Part shown: in pieces, positions 20,411-30,095 of the stretch
Position numbering within the stretch: position 1 is the stretch's first letter
How the letters are laid out: each line of letters starts with the position of its first letter
Assembly: GCA_965205505.1 (NCBI GenBank)
Contig: CBDBHB010000009.1
Location: 2,560,001 to 2,624,000, forward strand
Direction: 5' to 3'
From: Acidobacteriota bacterium
GTDB lineage: Bacteria > Acidobacteriota > UBA890 > WLXD01
Length of the DNA stretch: 64,000 bases
Notes under the pieces: model-generated
What the model was told of the DNA's origin: nothing
Seen by the model: the letters and a program-made list of their open reading frames with translations, nothing else
The model's database searches: none
Translations under genes and position numbers: made by a program

Positions 20411-22314
20411 TGGCTCCACTCGTTGCGTTGCACCACCGGTAACTGCAGAGCGCGCTCGCGGTCGAGGTCCAACGAGCCAACATGGAGTGACAACGGTGCC
20501 TGTACCCATTTGTAGATCGAGCGCGTAAACAGTCGCGCGAAGCGCTGCGCCCAGGCGCCCAGCGTGTCGGCGTCGTGCTCCGGAAAGATAACCGTCAGGG
20601 CGCGCCGGATCTCGCCGGGCGACAGCTTCTCGCCGGCATACAGGTACAGGCAGGCGTCCAGAACGGCGAAGGGCATGAGCTCGGCTTCGGCCTCCTGCTC
20701 GTCGGCGAGCTCCGGCCCGGGCTCGGTCGCAAGCGTTTGACGAATGCCTTCGAATCCGTGGCGCTCGGCCAGACGCTCCAGGAGCGCCACTACTACGGTC
20801 TTGGGCACGTTGGCGATCACCGACAGCCCCCCTTCCAGATCTCCACCGATGGTCGTGTAGCCGACCGCTTTCTCGCTCATGTCGCCGGTCTGAAGGAATA
20901 GCCCGCCCGAGCTGTTGGCCCAGTTCCACATGCGTTGCGCGCGTAGGCGGGCCTGGATATTTTGCTCGGTCAGGTCGGTCGGGTCGGCCCCCGCCAGCAT
21001 CTCGCGTGTTGCGTCGAGCTCGCGCTCGAACGCCTCGTCGATTGCGATTGTTTGCAGGCTGACGCCGAGCTCGTCGCAGATGACCGCCGCAGCGTTGCGA
21101 GTGCCGTCTGTGGAGTAGCGGCTCGGCATGTAGAAGGCTTGAATGAGGCGCCCGGCGGCGGCGCGCAGATCATCGCCAGATTCGTAGCCGGTCAGCATCT
21201 GCACTGCTCGCCAGGCGACCAGCAGCGTCAGCAGGGAATCACGACCGCCGGACAGTGCAATCCCGAAGCGGCTGAAACAGCCAGTCTTGCTGAAGTAGTC
21301 CTTGGTACCCAGGGCGATGGCATCGTACAAATCGTCGAGCACGCGTACGCGGGTGCGCGCGCGGCCGGTCGCCATGGGCGGCAGGAAGAAGCTGCGGCCT
21401 TCGGGGAACGGGTAGGCGAGCCCACTGTTGTCGGCGATCGGCCTGTGGGAAACGAGAACGGGGACCGGCGGGGATTCCTCGAGAAACTCCTCGCAGTCGC
21501 GTCGCCAGGTGGTGTTCTCGGTGCGCAATCGACACGTTCGGTCAAGATCGACAACGCAGCTCGCCACGCCCTCGCGAAAACGAGGCGCCAGCAGCTCGCG
21601 GCGTCCGTTCTGAAAGACACAGCTGCCACCGTCGTAAATGAAGCCGTCCTGGGCGCCTACCGCGTTCGAGTAGGCGAGCGTCACCTGATTGTCGGCCGAG
21701 CGCGTCGCCAGCATCTCTAGGCGCGTTTCCAGGATGCCGACGCGGTAGGGAGAAGCGGAGATATTGATAATCAGCTCGGCACCCGAGTAGCAGCGTCTGC
21801 GCATGGGCCCGTCCGGCGACCAAACATCCTCGCAGACCTCTACTGCCAGGCGTCCGAACTCGAACTCGAACAAGTGATCACCCAAGGGCACTCCGTTTGC
21901 GTCGAGCTGCAGGTAGGCGCTCCCATGCGAGAACGTACGGCCTTCGTAGAAGATGTTGTAGGTCGGCAGCTTTTCCTTCGGCACGAGTCCGAGCACGCGT
22001 CCGCCGTGGATGACTGCCGCCGCGTTGAAGAGCTGGCCACCGACCGCAACCGTGAGCCCGACTACCAGCACAGAACCGAGATCCCGCGTCGCTGACGCAA
22101 CCCTTTCGAGCTGACGGCGTTGCTCGACCACGAAGCCGCGCCACTGGATGAGGTCCTCGGGCGGGTAGCCGCCGATCACCTGCTCGCTGAAACAGCCGAC
22201 CGTCACGTTGTCGTCCGCCATCTGACGAGCGCATGCGATGACCTGGTCGGTGTTGCTAGCAGTCGCGCCTACGATCGTGTTGACGCTGGCAAGGCCGATC
22301 TTGATGAGTCGCAT
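20407..22314 (-). CDS. nadE: Glutamine-dependent NAD+ synthetase
   Basis: Nitrilase domain (GYPPED, KEKLPTY, VCEDVW) + ALSGGRDS, QNIQARLR, GYTTIGGD. Confidence 0.93.
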   Translation of the reverse strand: MRLIKIGLASVNTIVGATASNTDQVIACARQMADDNVTVGCFSEQVIGGYPPEDLIQWRGFVVEQRRQLERVASATRDLGSVLVVGLTVAVGGQLFNAAAVIHGGRVLGLVPKEKLPTYNIFYEGRTFSHGSAYLQLDANGVPLGDHLFEFEFGRLAVEVCEDVWSPDGPMRRRCYSGAELIINISASPYRVGILETRLEMLATRSADNQVTLAYSNAVGAQDGFIYDGGSCVFQNGRRELLAPRFREGVASCVVDLDRTCRLRTENTTWRRDCEEFLEESPPVPVLVSHRPIADNSGLAYPFPEGRSFFLPPMATGRARTRVRVLDDLYDAIALGTKDYFSKTGCFSRFGIALSGGRDSLLTLLVAWRAVQMLTGYESGDDLRAAAGRLIQAFYMPSRYSTDGTRNAAAVICDELGVSLQTIAIDEAFERELDATREMLAGADPTDLTEQNIQARLRAQRMWNWANSSGGLFLQTGDMSEKAVGYTTIGGDLEGGLSVIANVPKTVVVALLERLAERHGFEGIRQTLATEPGPELADEQEAEAELMPFAVLDACLYLYAGEKLSPGEIRRALTVIFPEHDADTLGAWAQRFARLFTRSIYKWVQAPLSLHVGSLDLDRERALQLPVVQRNEWSH

Positions 22315-22351
22315 TGGATCCTTGCTCGGCTCGCTGGGTGTGTCACAACTG

Positions 22352-22630
22352 CTAGCAGGCCGTGGTGAAAGTGTGGTGGGTCTGGTTACGGCAAGTTGGG
22401 GCCAGATGGAAGGCGGCCTGACACAGGCGATGCCCTAGCCATCGTCGAGGAAGGCCAACGCCGCAAATTGCCCCAACTCGCCGTAACCCTTCGGGCGACA
22501 GGGGGTTGCGCGCGTATGCTGCGTCGTTCCTCGTCAACGATGGGGTAACCATCGCCTCCTCCTCTCTCCTTGCCTCCACTTCGCAAGTCCCTGTCGCCAG
22601 ACCCACCACACTTTCACCACGGCCTGCTAG
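22352..22630 (+). mobile_element. Complete 279-bp MITE family 1 with ~34-bp TIRs
   Basis: CTAGCAGGCCGTGGTGAAAGTGTGGTGGGTCTGG ... CCAGACCCACCACACTTTCACCACGGCCTGCTAG. Confidence 0.93.
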
Positions 22631-23481
22631 TCCTGCAGGACCTTGTCTAGCAGGAGTAGCGCCAGATCCGGATTCCACAGGCGGCCAGCTCCGCTTTCAA
22701 TCGTGCGTCGGGCGATCTCGGGTGAAAGCGCCGGCCGGTAGGCTCGCTCCGACGTCAGGATGTTGTACACATCGCAAATGCCGATGATTTGCGCCCCGAG
22801 CGGAATATCCTCGCCGGCCAGCCCGTCCGGGTAACCACTGCCATCCCAGCGTTCTTGATGCGATCGAACCAGGAGCGCGACGCCGGCCAGGCTTGCGAAA
22901 TCACCGAGGATCTCTGCGCCGAACTCGGGATATTGCTTGACCAGCAACCACTCTTCGGCGGTCAGCTTGCCTTGTTTGTTGAGCACGGATTCCGGCACCC
23001 GTAACTTGCCGATGTCGTGGACCAGCGCGGCGATCTCGACGCACGTCGTTTCCGTGGCGCCTATCTCGTGCTCCTCGGCCATCTTCCGAGCCAGCTCTGC
23101 CACGGTTTCGGAGTGGCGTTCCACGAGGCTGTCGCGCTTCTCCACACTGGCCATGATCTCTTCGAGACGCTCGCGAAGAACCGAACTCTCGAGCGGCTCG
23201 TCGCCGAGCTGGGCGAGTAGGTCGTCGGTGGAGGCGATGTCGGCCGTGGTCGGAGCGTCCCCGCTCTCGGCAGACGAGGCGGTATGGGGCACCGTGCCGC
23301 CAACCGATGCCGGTGCGGCAGGCACCCCACCCGACAACATCAGACGCAGCGCGTCAGCGATAACCTCGCTAGGCTCCTTCGCGGATTGCTCACAAATATC
23401 TTCCACGCGTGCCCATAGGCGACTCGGCACGTAGACAACCTGCTCGACGAAGCCCCCCGGCTTTCTCGTTCGTTTCGACAC
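22627..23481 (-). CDS. HD-GYP domain protein with an N-terminal ribbon-helix-helix-like segment
   Basis: HDIGK, ERWDGSGYPDGL, ERAYR; GGAGGA RBS before GTG 23481. Confidence 0.85.
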   Translation of the reverse strand: MSKRTRKPGGFVEQVVYVPSRLWARVEDICEQSAKEPSEVIADALRLMLSGGVPAAPASVGGTVPHTASSAESGDAPTTADIASTDDLLAQLGDEPLESSVLRERLEEIMASVEKRDSLVERHSETVAELARKMAEEHEIGATETTCVEIAALVHDIGKLRVPESVLNKQGKLTAEEWLLVKQYPEFGAEILGDFASLAGVALLVRSHQERWDGSGYPDGLAGEDIPLGAQIIGICDVYNILTSERAYRPALSPEIARRTIESGAGRLWNPDLALLLLDKVLQD

Positions 23482-23562
23482 GAGTCCTCCCACGCGCGGG
23501 ATGGTCAAGAACTGCCCGATGCACTGCTGGACATTCGCTGTTGCTTGTCTATGCTGCGCTCC

Positions 23563-23910
23563 ATGATACCTCTACGAGGGCATCGGGCCTGTGCGATATC
23601 GCTCTCGGCCATGCTGCTGGGTGCTGCCATGGCCTGCGCTACCCTCTATCCGCACCTGGCACCGATCGACGATGATCAGATTCGCATCGAGATCTACGAT
23701 GCGCTGGTTGACGACGAGCGCATAGACGCCGAGGCCATCAGCGTCGAGTCGCGCGACGGCGTTGTGATCCTCGCTGGAGTGGTGGCCTCGCTGGACGAAG
23801 TGAGGCGGGCGCTGCGCCACGCAGGTCGCGTGCCGGGAGTGCAGCAGGTAGTCAACCGATTGCGTGTCTTGCCCTCGGAAGCGCAGCCGAGCGCCGACGG
23901 CTTGCTATAG
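23563..23910 (+). CDS. BON domain lipoprotein
   Basis: Lipobox-like AMAC; DDQIR...I.V...DGVVILAG...VPGVQQVVNRL. Confidence 0.8.
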   Translation: MIPLRGHRACAISLSAMLLGAAMACATLYPHLAPIDDDQIRIEIYDALVDDERIDAEAISVESRDGVVILAGVVASLDEVRRALRHAGRVPGVQQVVNRLRVLPSEAQPSADGLL

Positions 23911-24471
23911 CAACTTCAACGCCTGCACAATCAGCAGCGCGGTCATTACCGCTACAGTGCGAAGCTCGCGGTTCCGGCGCGCTTGATGCCACGAGAAGGG
24001 CGAGGGCTTGGCGGCGCTGTCCTGCCAAGGGTCGATGTGACGGACTCCCGGGAGTAGACGAGGCACCTGTTCGGCATATTCCTTGTACTCACCTCCGAAC
24101 AGCGACTGCAGGCGCAACTCCTCGACGTGCATCGTCGGTAGGTAGAACCCCAGGTATAGCACCGCGAAGCCGCTCAACCAGATCGTTGTACGTGCGGCTA
24201 GCAGCGCCAGCCCCAGCCCGATCGCCAGGCTACCCAGGTACAGTGGATTGCGCACGTACCGGTACGGTCCGCCGCGTGTGAGCTCGACGTTGCGGACCAG
24301 ATGGCCACAGGCCCACACTCTGATCGCTTCACCAACGACGACCACAGCGGCTCCGATCACGAAGCGCTCGCCCGACGTGCGGCTGAGAGCAACGTACAAC
24401 AGCGCGAACAGAATGCCGGCGTGTACGCGGTGGTACGACGCCCATGCCCGCCAGCGTTCGATGAGACGCAT
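23905..24471 (-). CDS. Isoprenylcysteine carboxyl methyltransferase / PEMT family membrane protein
   Basis: GPYRYVRNPLYLG, EELRL..LFG.EY..Y...VPR. Confidence 0.85.
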   Translation of the reverse strand: MRLIERWRAWASYHRVHAGILFALLYVALSRTSGERFVIGAAVVVVGEAIRVWACGHLVRNVELTRGGPYRYVRNPLYLGSLAIGLGLALLAARTTIWLSGFAVLYLGFYLPTMHVEELRLQSLFGGEYKEYAEQVPRLLPGVRHIDPWQDSAAKPSPFSWHQARRNRELRTVAVMTALLIVQALKLL

Positions 24472-24474
24472 GCC

Positions 24475-25518
24475 TTACCGTTCCAGTTCCAGTCGCGAGA
24501 GGCCTGCGACGATGATCTGCCGGGCGGAGATCGCATCGAGGCAGGCGTTGGTACCCAGCGGGCAGCGCCGTTGGTGGCAGTGCGAGCATTCCAGGCGCTC
24601 GCAGACCACCTCGTCGGCAGGTGCCAGGGGACCGAGGCGGGCCGGATCGGTGGGCCCGAACACCGCCACGGACGGTGCCCCACAGGCTACCGCGAGATGT
24701 AACGGGGCGCTGTCTCCGCCGATGAACAGCGCAGCGCGTTGGAGTAGCGCGCTGAGCTGCGGCAATGTGGTCGGTACCGATACGTGGTTGCCGACGCCTG
24801 CCGCCTTCGCGAGGGACTGTGCTGCCGCTTTCTCGCCGGGGCCCCAGATCCAAATCACGGGCCGCCTCGTACGCTTGTGCAGCTCGCGTGCGGCGCTCAC
24901 TAGGCGCTCCGGCTCGTAACGCTTGCTCGGCCAGTTCGCGGCTGGATGCAGCACGATCGGGTCTTCGACGCCGAGCCCAGCGAGATAGGAGTCGATGTAG
25001 TGCTCGTCGTCGGAGTTAGTGAGCCGCGGCCATTCGACCTGAGGTTGCGCAATGCCGGCTTGCTGTGCGAGGTACAGGTAGCGGTGCACGACGTGAACGT
25101 CGTTCGGGGCGACCGCCGTGCGGTGGTACAGGTACGCCGTCAAGGGCTCTCGCGCCGAGGCGCCAGCCCATCCCAGAGTGCGGGATGCGCCTAATCGGGC
25201 CACCACAGCCGATTTGAACAACCCTTGGAAGTCGATCGCTAGCTCATAGCGCTGTTCGCGCAACGCGCCGACATGCTTGCGAATGGCGCCCACAATCGGT
25301 GGCCGAATCCACCGCCGTCGCCACGTTTGGATATCGAGCTCGTGCACCTGCAGTGGCCCGGGCAGTCGGCGCACCAGCTCAGCGGAGGCTCGCTCCACAG
25401 CCCAGCCGAACTGTGTCGATGGCCAGGCTTTGCGCAGGGCAGCGTACGCTGGAAACGTGTGCACGACGTCGCCGATCGAGCTCAGTCGCACGATCAGCAC
25501 GCTCTTGGGTGCGCTCAA
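24475..25518 (-). CDS. waaC: LPS heptosyltransferase I (GT9)
   Basis: IVRLSSIGDVVH, IDFQGLFKS, DSAPLHLA, FGPTDP. Confidence 0.82.
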   Translation of the reverse strand: MSAPKSVLIVRLSSIGDVVHTFPAYAALRKAWPSTQFGWAVERASAELVRRLPGPLQVHELDIQTWRRRWIRPPIVGAIRKHVGALREQRYELAIDFQGLFKSAVVARLGASRTLGWAGASAREPLTAYLYHRTAVAPNDVHVVHRYLYLAQQAGIAQPQVEWPRLTNSDDEHYIDSYLAGLGVEDPIVLHPAANWPSKRYEPERLVSAARELHKRTRRPVIWIWGPGEKAAAQSLAKAAGVGNHVSVPTTLPQLSALLQRAALFIGGDSAPLHLAVACGAPSVAVFGPTDPARLGPLAPADEVVCERLECSHCHQRRCPLGTNACLDAISARQIIVAGLSRLELER

Positions 25519-25997
25519 GGGTCGGTTGCGTGCAGGCGATCGATCAGCTCGCCGGTGCTGTGACGCTTGGCATCGCCGACGATCGCGACGCGACCGCCGA
25601 CAGACTCGACCGTCGCCGCTTCAGGGACGCCATGCTTGTAGTCCGTCCCCTTGCAGTGCACGTCTGGGCGCAACGCGCGGATCAGGCGGTCGGCGGTCGA
25701 GTCGCCGAACACCGTCACCATGTCGACGCATCGCAAGACGGCCACCATTTCCGCCCGTGCCTCGGCCGGCAGGAGTGGGCGACCGGGGCCCTTGAGTGTC
25801 GTGACCGTCGCGTCGTCGTTGATTGCGACTATCAGCACGTCGGCCTCGGCGGCCGCGGCAGCGAGGTAGCGTACGTGTCCCACGTGCAGCAGGTCGAAGC
25901 AGCCGTTAGCGAGGGCGATGCAGGCCCCTTGCCGGCGCTGCTGCCGCACCCACTCCAAGGCTGCCGATGCTGTAAGTATCGGCGCGGGGCCCTTCAA
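25515..25997 (-). CDS. rfaE2: D-glycero-beta-D-manno-heptose 1-phosphate adenylyltransferase (RfaE domain II)
   Basis: ANGCFDLLHVGHVRYL, LKGPGRP, KGTDY, HSTGELI. Confidence 0.9.
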   Translation of the reverse strand: MKGPAPILTASAALEWVRQQRRQGACIALANGCFDLLHVGHVRYLAAAAAEADVLIVAINDDATVTTLKGPGRPLLPAEARAEMVAVLRCVDMVTVFGDSTADRLIRALRPDVHCKGTDYKHGVPEAATVESVGGRVAIVGDAKRHSTGELIDRLHATDP

Positions 25998-27010
25998 GAG
26001 TCGCCATCGAGCGCGGCGGCGAGCTCGCTATGCGGGATCGTGGCGGTGCCGTGCTTGAGCACTACCAGGCCTGCGGCTACGGTGGCCAGCCACGCGGCTG
26101 TAACGACGTCGGCGCCGGCCGCCAGCGCCAGCGTCAGCGTGGCAATCACTGTGTCGCCGGCGCCGGTAACATCGGCGATCTGATCGGTGCCGTGGATCGG
26201 CAGGTGCGCCGGTGGGTGATGCTTCTGGAAGATCGCCATGCCTTGCGAGCCGCGTGTGATCAGCACGTGTTCGCAATCCAATCGGTCCAGCAGCTCGGAT
26301 CCGGCGCGCTCGATCGCCTCGCGATCGTGATTGAGATGGATGTGCAAGGCGCTCTCCACCTCCGACTCATTGGGCGTAACGGTGGTTGCGCCAGGGAAGT
26401 CGAGTAGGCGATGCCGCGAGTCCACGGTGACCGGTATGTTCGCTACGGCGGCGGCCGCCCGTAACTCTGCGTAGGCGGCCGGCGAGACCGTCCCTAGCCC
26501 GTAGTCAGAAACCAGCAGTGCGTCAGCGTTCGTGAGTTTGGCGGTGAGGTGCTTGATGGCATCGACATCGGCGCGCGGTTGCCAGACGTGCTCGTCGTCG
26601 ATACGCAGGATCTGCTGGCGCACTGTGTGGGACCCGCCCGCCATGACCCTTGTCTTCACCGGTGTCGACCCGTCGTCGCGTCGATCTACACCGCTGATAT
26701 CGATACCAGCGTTGGCAAGGGCGTTCGAAAGCTGCCGTCCGGCGGCGTCGTCGCCCACATGACCGAAGACCGTCACCTCGGCGCCAAGCGCTGCGACGTT
26801 CAAGGCAGCGTTGCCGGCGGCGCCCGGCCGTATGTCCTCGCCCTCGTAGCGCAGCACTAGAGCCGGCGCCTCACGTGATACACGTGTAGTCGAGCCTAGC
26901 AGGAAGCGGTCGGCAACCAGATCGCCCCACACGACCACGCGCCGGTCGCGAAATGCCTCGATCCAAGGGCGCAGATCGGCGAGGGGTCTCGAATGGGGCT
27001 GGGTGACCAT
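25994..27010 (-). CDS. rfaE1: Heptose 7-phosphate kinase (RfaE domain I, PfkB family)
   Basis: RVSREAP, GAAGNAALN, SDYGLG, TPNESE, DVTGAGDTV. Confidence 0.9.
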   Translation of the reverse strand: MVTQPHSRPLADLRPWIEAFRDRRVVVWGDLVADRFLLGSTTRVSREAPALVLRYEGEDIRPGAAGNAALNVAALGAEVTVFGHVGDDAAGRQLSNALANAGIDISGVDRRDDGSTPVKTRVMAGGSHTVRQQILRIDDEHVWQPRADVDAIKHLTAKLTNADALLVSDYGLGTVSPAAYAELRAAAAVANIPVTVDSRHRLLDFPGATTVTPNESEVESALHIHLNHDREAIERAGSELLDRLDCEHVLITRGSQGMAIFQKHHPPAHLPIHGTDQIADVTGAGDTVIATLTLALAAGADVVTAAWLATVAAGLVVLKHGTATIPHSELAAALDGDS

Positions 27011-27088
27011 CGGTTGAACCGAAGCGATGCCGCCACAGGCGGCGAGCGGGTAGGCGCTCGCTAACTTAACCGTGGCTGCGTCAGAGCG

Positions 27089-28114
27089 TCAACTGGTCGC
27101 ATTGCTGCGGCCAGCGCGCCATAGCGGTTCGAGTCCGTCGAGCGCCTGCTCGACGGCAAGGCCGGTCATGCAGCGGTGATCGATAGGACAGTTCGTTGCC
27201 AGGCACGGCTGACAGAACGCGGCGACGCTGGCGACCTGCAGGTGAGGTCCGAGTGGTCGCGTGCGGCGCGGATCGGTCGGCCCGAAGAGCACCAGCGTTG
27301 GGCTGCTCAGCGCGGCCGCCAGGTGCGCCGCACCGGTATCGTTGCTGATGACCGCCCGGCAGCTGCTCAACAGCGCCGCCAGGTCGATGATGTCGGTACG
27401 ACCTGCGAGGTTCACGCAAACGTCGTCGCAAGCCGCCGCCACCTGTGCGCCGACTCCGACATCCTGGGGGCCGCCGAGTATCACCGGGAGGGCCCCCCAG
27501 CGCCGCGCTGCCGCGCTCGCCAACGCGCCGTAGGATGCGGCTGGCCAGCGCTTCGCCGGACCATTGGCGCACCCGGGTACGACTCCCAGAATCGGCTGAT
27601 CCGTGTCGACTAGCCGCCGGACACGATCATGAGTGTTCGCCGGCGGAGCCAGCAGCACATCTTCCGGCCGAGGCGGCGCGGCCTTCAGTGGCTCGAGCAG
27701 GCGTGCGTACCGAGAAGCGTCGTGGATCGGGGCCAGGGTATCGGTTTGGGGCAGGGCCTCGGTCAGCAAGAACCCGCGCATGTCGGTGGCGTAACCGATA
27801 CGTCGCCGCACGTTGGCCAGGGCTGCCACCAAGGCCGGCTCGAACGCATTCGGCAACAGCAGGGCTCCCGCTGGAGCGAGGCGAGCGACGCCGCTGACGG
27901 CGCGGCGGAGGCCGAGAAGGCGGCCGACACCGGTACGCTGAAGATGCGGCAGCACCCGGCCGCGAACGCCGGTTGCTTGCAGGAGGCGTCCATGGGATTC
28001 AGGACCCCAAAGCACCAGTTCGTCTACCGTGCGCTCCAGGGCTCGGATCGTCGGCACGGCCATCACCGTATCTCCGAGCCAGGTAGGCAACCGCACGATC
28101 CAGCGCCCGCGCAT
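27089..28114 (-). CDS. waaF: LPS heptosyltransferase II (GT9)
   Basis: PTWLGDTVMAVP, GPAKRWP, NDTGAAHLA, FGPTDP. Confidence 0.85.
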   Translation of the reverse strand: MRGRWIVRLPTWLGDTVMAVPTIRALERTVDELVLWGPESHGRLLQATGVRGRVLPHLQRTGVGRLLGLRRAVSGVARLAPAGALLLPNAFEPALVAALANVRRRIGYATDMRGFLLTEALPQTDTLAPIHDASRYARLLEPLKAAPPRPEDVLLAPPANTHDRVRRLVDTDQPILGVVPGCANGPAKRWPAASYGALASAAARRWGALPVILGGPQDVGVGAQVAAACDDVCVNLAGRTDIIDLAALLSSCRAVISNDTGAAHLAAALSSPTLVLFGPTDPRRTRPLGPHLQVASVAAFCQPCLATNCPIDHRCMTGLAVEQALDGLEPLWRAGRSNATS

Positions 28115-28129
28115 GTCTGCTTATTCCCC

Positions 28130-28183
28130 CACTTCGCAAGACCCTGTCGCCAGACCCACCGCACTTTCACCACGGCCTGCTAG
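28130..28183 (+). mobile_element. MITE family 1 right-end fragment
   Basis: Matches 22577-22630; terminal CTAG supplies the stop of the acyltransferase. Confidence 0.88.
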
Positions 28184-29052
28184 GGGCGCTCTCGCCACCG
28201 ATCGTGCATCCAAAGCCAGGCCTCGGGACAAGCGCGCACGTACCGCTCGATACGAGCGGTGACGGCGGCGGTGATTTTCAGGACGGCATCGTCATCCCCC
28301 GACGTGGAGACCTCGATGGGCGGATCGATCGCCAGCCGATAGTGGTCGTCGTGCGGTACCGCAAACATCGACAGAATCGGCGCGTTCGAGCGTAGATGAA
28401 ACTGCGCCACGGCGGGGGTAGTGGCCGCCAAACGATCGAAATACGGAACGAACACCGCTTCCGGCGGCAGGGTGTTTTGGTCGGCCAAGATCGCCAGCAC
28501 CGAGCCCGCGCGCAGCGCCCGCAGAGCCGGCCGGAAGGCGTTGTGTTTGGGGAGCACGCGCGCGCCGGTGCAGGATCGGAGTCGCGTGACCAGCTGGTCG
28601 AGCCGCGAGTCGTCCAGTGGCCTGGCGATAGATACCAGCGGCACGCCGAGCTTAGCGAGGGCAACGCCGGCCAATTCCCAGTTGCCGTAGTGGGCCCCCG
28701 CGAGGATTGCGCCGTTGCCAGCGTTTAGTGCCCTCTCGAAATGGGCCATCCCGTCGTCGGGGCGGATGATCTGCTCCACCGGGTGATCGACTAGCCGTGG
28801 GCTCCAGAGCAGCTCCAGTGCGGTGCGGCCCATCTGCTCGAAGCTCGCTAGTGCGGTGTGCTCGTGCCAGGCCCGGTCGCGGTCGGGATAGGCACGGCGT
28901 AGGTTACTCAGGGTCCTGGCCCGATGACGTCGATCGAGACGATAGGCGAGGCGCCCGAGGCCTTTGCCGCGTGCGGCGGCGGTGGCCAGGTCCCACTGCG
29001 GCACGCGTGCTGCCACCGTCTCGGCCAACCGGGCCACGAGCGTCACTGACAT
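28180..29052 (-). CDS. Lipid A late acyltransferase (LpxL/HtrB family)
   Basis: AHYGNWE, LADQN, PEAWLWMHDRW. Confidence 0.88.
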   Translation of the reverse strand: MSVTLVARLAETVAARVPQWDLATAAARGKGLGRLAYRLDRRHRARTLSNLRRAYPDRDRAWHEHTALASFEQMGRTALELLWSPRLVDHPVEQIIRPDDGMAHFERALNAGNGAILAGAHYGNWELAGVALAKLGVPLVSIARPLDDSRLDQLVTRLRSCTGARVLPKHNAFRPALRALRAGSVLAILADQNTLPPEAVFVPYFDRLAATTPAVAQFHLRSNAPILSMFAVPHDDHYRLAIDPPIEVSTSGDDDAVLKITAAVTARIERYVRACPEAWLWMHDRWRERP

Positions 29053-30095
29053 ATATCCGGGCTGGCGGCGATCCGAGGGAGCAGCCAGGCCTCGAACTCG
29101 GTCGGTCGCGCCAGGCTCAGGCGATACGACCAGACATGGATCTGCGGTGCTTGTGGTTGCTTCAAACGCTGTAGGCGGACGGCGTCTTTTTCGGTGGTTA
29201 CGAGTATTGTCGCTCCGGCGCCGATTGCCATGCGCTGGAGACTGGCGAGGTCACGATCGGAATACCAATGGTGGTCCGGAAAGGCTCGCCTGGCGCGCAC
29301 GTCGATGCCATGTGCTTCGAGCGTGCGGAAGAACCGCTGCGGGCGGGCAATCCCTGCGAAGGCTGCGCAGGAGGCACCGAGCTCCGTCGCCGCATCGGGA
29401 GGCGTACGCGGGTCCCATGTGTCGAGTGGCCAGTGGCCCGGCTCGCTACTTCGTACCTCGAAAGTCGGTCGATCGGGGTATCGGCTAGCGAGCTCACGGC
29501 GGGCGTGCCCGTCGGCTTGTTCACTCACCACCAAGATAAATGCGTCGGCTCGCCCTGCGGCTCCGGCCCCCTCCCGCAGGCGACCACCTGGCGGCGGCGA
29601 TTGCTCCCAGAAAGGGCGGCTGGCATCGACTACCAACAAGTTCACGTCACGCGCGACGCGCACGTGCTGGTAGGCGTCGTCGAGTACGTAGACATCGGTC
29701 TGCAAGACCCGCTGCTCCAGTAACTCCGCAGCCTCCTCGCGCCGCGCCGCCACCGCCACCGGGACGCCGTCGAGCGTACGCGCGTACCAGGCGGGCTCGT
29801 CGCCGGCTGCCTGCACATCGATACATAGGCCGTGGCCGTCGCTTACCACGCTCGGGCGGCGATCGTGTCGGGAGTAGCCGCGGCTGATGACGGCTGGCTT
29901 GTGGCCGGCGCGTTGCAGCACCTGCGTCACTGCTGCCACGACCGGCGTTTTTCCCGTTCCACCCATCTCCAGCGCACCGATGCTGATCGTTGGTCGTCGA
30001 AGCCGCTGCGTGGCAAGCACCCCGCGGCGATACAACTCGGCGCGGCCACGCGCTACGAGGCCCCAGGGGATCCCCAGGAATCCCAGCACGCTCAC
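29043..30095 (-). CDS. lpxK: Tetraacyldisaccharide 4'-kinase
   Basis: GGTGKTP, SRGY, GDEP, LDDAYQH, FPDHH, TTEKDAVR. Confidence 0.93.
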   Translation of the reverse strand: MSVLGFLGIPWGLVARGRAELYRRGVLATQRLRRPTISIGALEMGGTGKTPVVAAVTQVLQRAGHKPAVISRGYSRHDRRPSVVSDGHGLCIDVQAAGDEPAWYARTLDGVPVAVAARREEAAELLEQRVLQTDVYVLDDAYQHVRVARDVNLLVVDASRPFWEQSPPPGGRLREGAGAAGRADAFILVVSEQADGHARRELASRYPDRPTFEVRSSEPGHWPLDTWDPRTPPDAATELGASCAAFAGIARPQRFFRTLEAHGIDVRARRAFPDHHWYSDRDLASLQRMAIGAGATILVTTEKDAVRLQRLKQPQAPQIHVWSYRLSLARPTEFEAWLLPRIAASPDICQ

